Assembly (NCBI GenBank): GCA_963739035.1
Contig: CAVTYZ010000012.1
Location: 161,852 to 225,851, forward strand
Source: an uncultured Acidobacteriota bacterium
GTDB lineage: Bacteria > Acidobacteriota > Vicinamibacteria > Vicinamibacterales > SCN-69-37
Direction of reading: 5' to 3'
Length of the DNA stretch: 64,000 nt
The notes beneath the pieces are model-generated. The model was given only the letters and a program-made list of their open reading frames with translations, was not told the DNA's origin and did not search any database. Made by a program: the position numbers and the translations under genes. Each line of letters begins with the position of its first letter. Positions within the stretch are counted from its first letter, which is position 1. Positions 61,679-64,000 of the stretch are shown piece after piece.

Positions 61679-64000
61679 TCACTCGGATCGCAATGCCACC
61701 ATCGGATCGATCCGTGACGCTCTGCGCGCCGGCAGATACCCGGCCGCAGTCGCGACGAGCGTCAGGACGATCAGCATGCCGACGAACGTTCCTGGATCCC
61801 TGGCGGTCACCCCGAACAGCAGGCTGCTGGTCGACTCCGCGAGCAGCCAGGACGCGACGACGCCGATCGCCATGCCGACGCCGCGAGCCGCAGTGTCTGC
61901 AGGACGATGCGGCGCTGCACGTCGCCGGCGGAGGCGCCAATGGCGATCCGGATCCCGATCTCCCGGGTGCGCTGATTCACCGAGTACCAGATCAGCCCGT
62001 AGATGCCGAGCGCGGCCAGCAGCAACGCGAACACGGCAAACCCGCCGAGCAGCAGCACGATGAAGCGTCGTGGCGAGACCGACTTGTCGACGATCTGCTG
62101 CAGGGTTCGAAAGTCGTTGCCGGCGAGATTCGGCGCGATTGGCGGCAACGCCGTCCGGATCGCGCTCGCAAGCTGTGCCGGAGGCAGCGCGGATCGGACC
62201 ACGAGATCCGCGGACGGTTGGTCGCCGCACTGGCTCATCGGCAGGTACAGCTCGTTGCCGGAGCCCTGCTCGAGGGCGAGATGGCGCACGTCGCCGACGA
62301 CACCCACCACGCGCCGTTCGCGGCGCCGCAGACGTCGCGCAGAATCTTTCCGACGGCGTCTTCACCTGGCCAGATCGTCCGTGCCATCGTTTCGTTGATG
62401 ATGAGCACCGGCTCGCTCGATGACGTCTCGATCGCAGAGAAATCGCGGCCGGCGCGCACCGGAATGCCCATCGCGCCGACATAGCCGTCGCTGACGAGTC
62501 GCGGGAAGAACCCCACGACAGCTGCCGGGCTCGTTCCCGGGTTTGATCCGGACGCCCCAGCTGCGGTTCCGTCCAAGCGGGAGCGCGTCGGTGATGCCGG
62601 CGCTTTCGACACCGGGGATCGCGCGCACGCGGCGGAGCACCTCGTCGAAGTAGGCGGTCCGTTCGGCGCGAGTCATGTCCTGGCGCTCGGGATCGACGCG
62701 AATCGTCGCCGAACGTGTAGGCTGGAACCCCATGTCGACGTCGAGCACCTGGATCAGGCTGCGGATCAGCAGCCCGGCGCCGACGAGCAGCACGCAGGCG
62801 AGCGCGATCTCCGACACGACAAGCGCCTGACGGACCCGATGATGCTGGCCGCCTTCGGTCGAGCCTCTCGACGCGTCCTTCAACGCGGCGTGCAGCGCCG
62901 CGCCGCGGCCGGCCAGGAGCGCCGGCGCGAGCCCGAACACGATGCCGGTCAGGATCGCGATCCCCGCCGTGAACCCCAGTGTCGTCAGATCCGTCCGAAC
63001 ACCGCCGAGCAGCGGAATACTGACCGCATCCAGTTACGTGAGCGCCCGGGTGCCGGCGACGGCGAGGAGCACGCCCACGAGCGCGCCCGCGACCGACAGG
63101 ACCATGCCTTCCGTCAACATCTGGGCCGTGAGGCGCCGGCGTCCCGCGCCGAGCGCCGCTCGGATCGCGATCTCCTTCTGTCGCGATGCCATCCGCGCGA
63201 GAAGCAGATTGGACAGGTTCGCACACACGATCAGCATGACGAGGGCGACCGACCCGGCGAGCACCCACAGCGCGAGGCGGATTCGGCCGTTGACCTGTTC
63301 GGCCAGCGGCTTGACGAAGCCCTCGAAGCTGTTCCGGTCGGGATTGGCTTTCGTGAGCTCGGCGCCAAGCAGCTTCATCTCGGCCTGCGCCTGTCCGACA
63401 GGGACGCCGGGCTTGAGGCGACCGACCATCGCCATGGTGTTGCCCCAGCGATTGGTCTCCGGCGCGAGCGGAAACGGGAAAAACAGGTCGAAGCGGCTGC
63501 CGGGCGCGAACACCGACGCGAAGTCGAATGAGGCGGGCAGGATGCCGACGACGGTGTGCGGCTCGTTGATTCAAGCGTGAGCGCCGTGCCGACAATCTTC
63601 GGATCCGAGTTGAACCGTCGCTGCCACAGCCCGTGCCCCAGCACGACCGCCTTCGGTCCGTTCCACCGGCTCTCGTCCGCGTTGAAGAACCGGCCGAGCG
63701 GCGGGCCTGATGCCGAGCACGTCGAAGAAGTTGCCGGACACCGGCACGCCGCTCAGACGCTCGGGCTCGCCGCTTCCGCTCAGGAGGTTGTCCCCCACCC
63801 CGTAGAACGCGAAGTAGCCGGCCAGCGCCGACAGCGTCTGCGTCCGCTCCCGCAGGTCGAGCATGTGATTGACCTGCGTCGTCTGGCCCGAGAGTCCGCT
63901 CGTGTTGCGGTTGGACACCCAGACCAGCTGCTCCGGCTCGCGCGAACGGCAGAGGCCGGAGCAGGAGCGCGTTGATCACGCTGAAGACGGTGGAACTGGC
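61679..64000 (-). CDS. Second ADOP-family MacB/FtsX-like permease; frame-broken, 5' end beyond the window
   Basis: C-terminus [19 protein letters not shown] stops at 61679 (ORF 61679..63979). Segments: [19 protein letters not shown] (ORF 61807..62310); [36 protein letters not shown] (ORF 63034..63513); [11 protein letters not shown] near 63975. Confidence 0.75.
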   Translation of the reverse strand, partial: ASSTVFSVINALLLRPLPFARAGAAGLGVQPQHERTLGPDDAGQSHARPAGADADAVGAGRLLRVLRGGGQPPERKRRARASERRAGVRQLLRRARHQARRSAGSSTRTRAGGTDRRRSCWGTGCGSDGSTRIRRLSARRSRLNQRAAHRRRHPARLIRLRVGVRARQPLRPVFPVSARAGDQSLGQHHGDGRSPQARRPCRTGAGRDEAAWRRAHESQSRPEQLRGLRQAAGRTGQRPNPPRAVGARRVGRPRHADRVCEPVQSASRADGIATEGDRDPSGARRGTPAPHGPDVDGRHGPVGRGRARGRAPRRRRHPGAHVTGCGQYSAARRCSDGSDDTGVHGGDRDPDRHRVRARAGAPGRPRRGAARRVEGRVERLDRRRPASSGPSGACRVGDRARLRAARRRRAADPQPDPGARRRHGVPAYTFGDDSRRSRAPGHDSRRTDRLLRRGAPPRARDPRCRKRRHHRRAPAWTEPQLGRPDQTRERARQLSWGSSRDSSATAMSARWAFRCAPAAISLRSRRHRASRCSSSTKRWHGRSGQVKTPSERFCATSAAPRTARGGCRRRRAPSRPRAGLRQRAVPADEPVRRPTVRGSRGPIRAASGTACERDPDGVAANRAESRRQRLSNPAADRRQVGLATTLHRAAARRVCRVRVAAGRARHLRADLVLGESAHPGDRDPDRHWRLRRRRAAPHRPADTAARGVGMAIGVVASWLLAESTSSLLFGVTARDPGTFVGMLIVLTLVATAAGYLPARRASRIDPMVALRSE

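Overview
The window is very GC-rich bacterial chromosome and almost entirely core housekeeping DNA. Gene content points to Acidobacteriota: two ADOP-type 'duplicated orphan permease' genes, a DUF1080/FG-GAP exported protein, Tol-Pal, Lpt, sigma-54 and T2SS-like pseudopilins.

Recognisable genes, in order:
- Pseudopilins and an Ig-like exported protein.
- murQ plus a serine hydrolase, xerD, metK and a PHP hydrolase.
- lptG/lptF, parB/parA, a DUF151 nuclease, miaB and recN.
- A complete tolQ-tolR-tolA-tolB-pal-ybgF cluster, ssb and a cupin gene.
- rapZ, rpoN, lptB, and lptA-like and lptC-like genes.
- recJ, accA, dnaE and guaA.
- A beta-propeller protein, an unknown polytopic membrane protein and a very large NtrY-like histidine kinase.
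- pssA, psd, a DUF465 gene, rimI, tsaB and mutS.
- A family-5 substrate-binding protein and a deoxyhypusine-synthase-like gene.
- A run of exported redox and hydrolase proteins: a cytochrome-c/PQQ dehydrogenase, a methyltransferase, a creatininase-family protein, a di-haem peroxidase and a DUF1080-FG-GAP protein.
- Two convergent ADOP permeases.

I found no rRNA, tRNA, CRISPR array, transposase, prophage or recognisable defence system.

Major caveat: almost every long gene is interrupted by reading-frame changes, including dnaE, metK, guaA, accA and lptB. The most likely cause is single-base indel error in the assembly. Gene ends and starts are therefore approximate, and many CDS coordinates are reconstructions across several ORF-track frames.

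I do not see a convincing novel protein system. The most unusual signals are non-coding:
- Heptanucleotide-periodic intergenic repeats, including a 136-bp purine/pyrimidine hairpin with 32-bp perfect arms and G-quadruplex-type motifs on both strands.
- A 135-bp GATTGNG-periodic palindrome and a 7x heptamer array bracketing the cupin gene.
- A set of -10-like hexamers lying 6-7 nt upstream of start codons, which suggests leaderless mRNAs.
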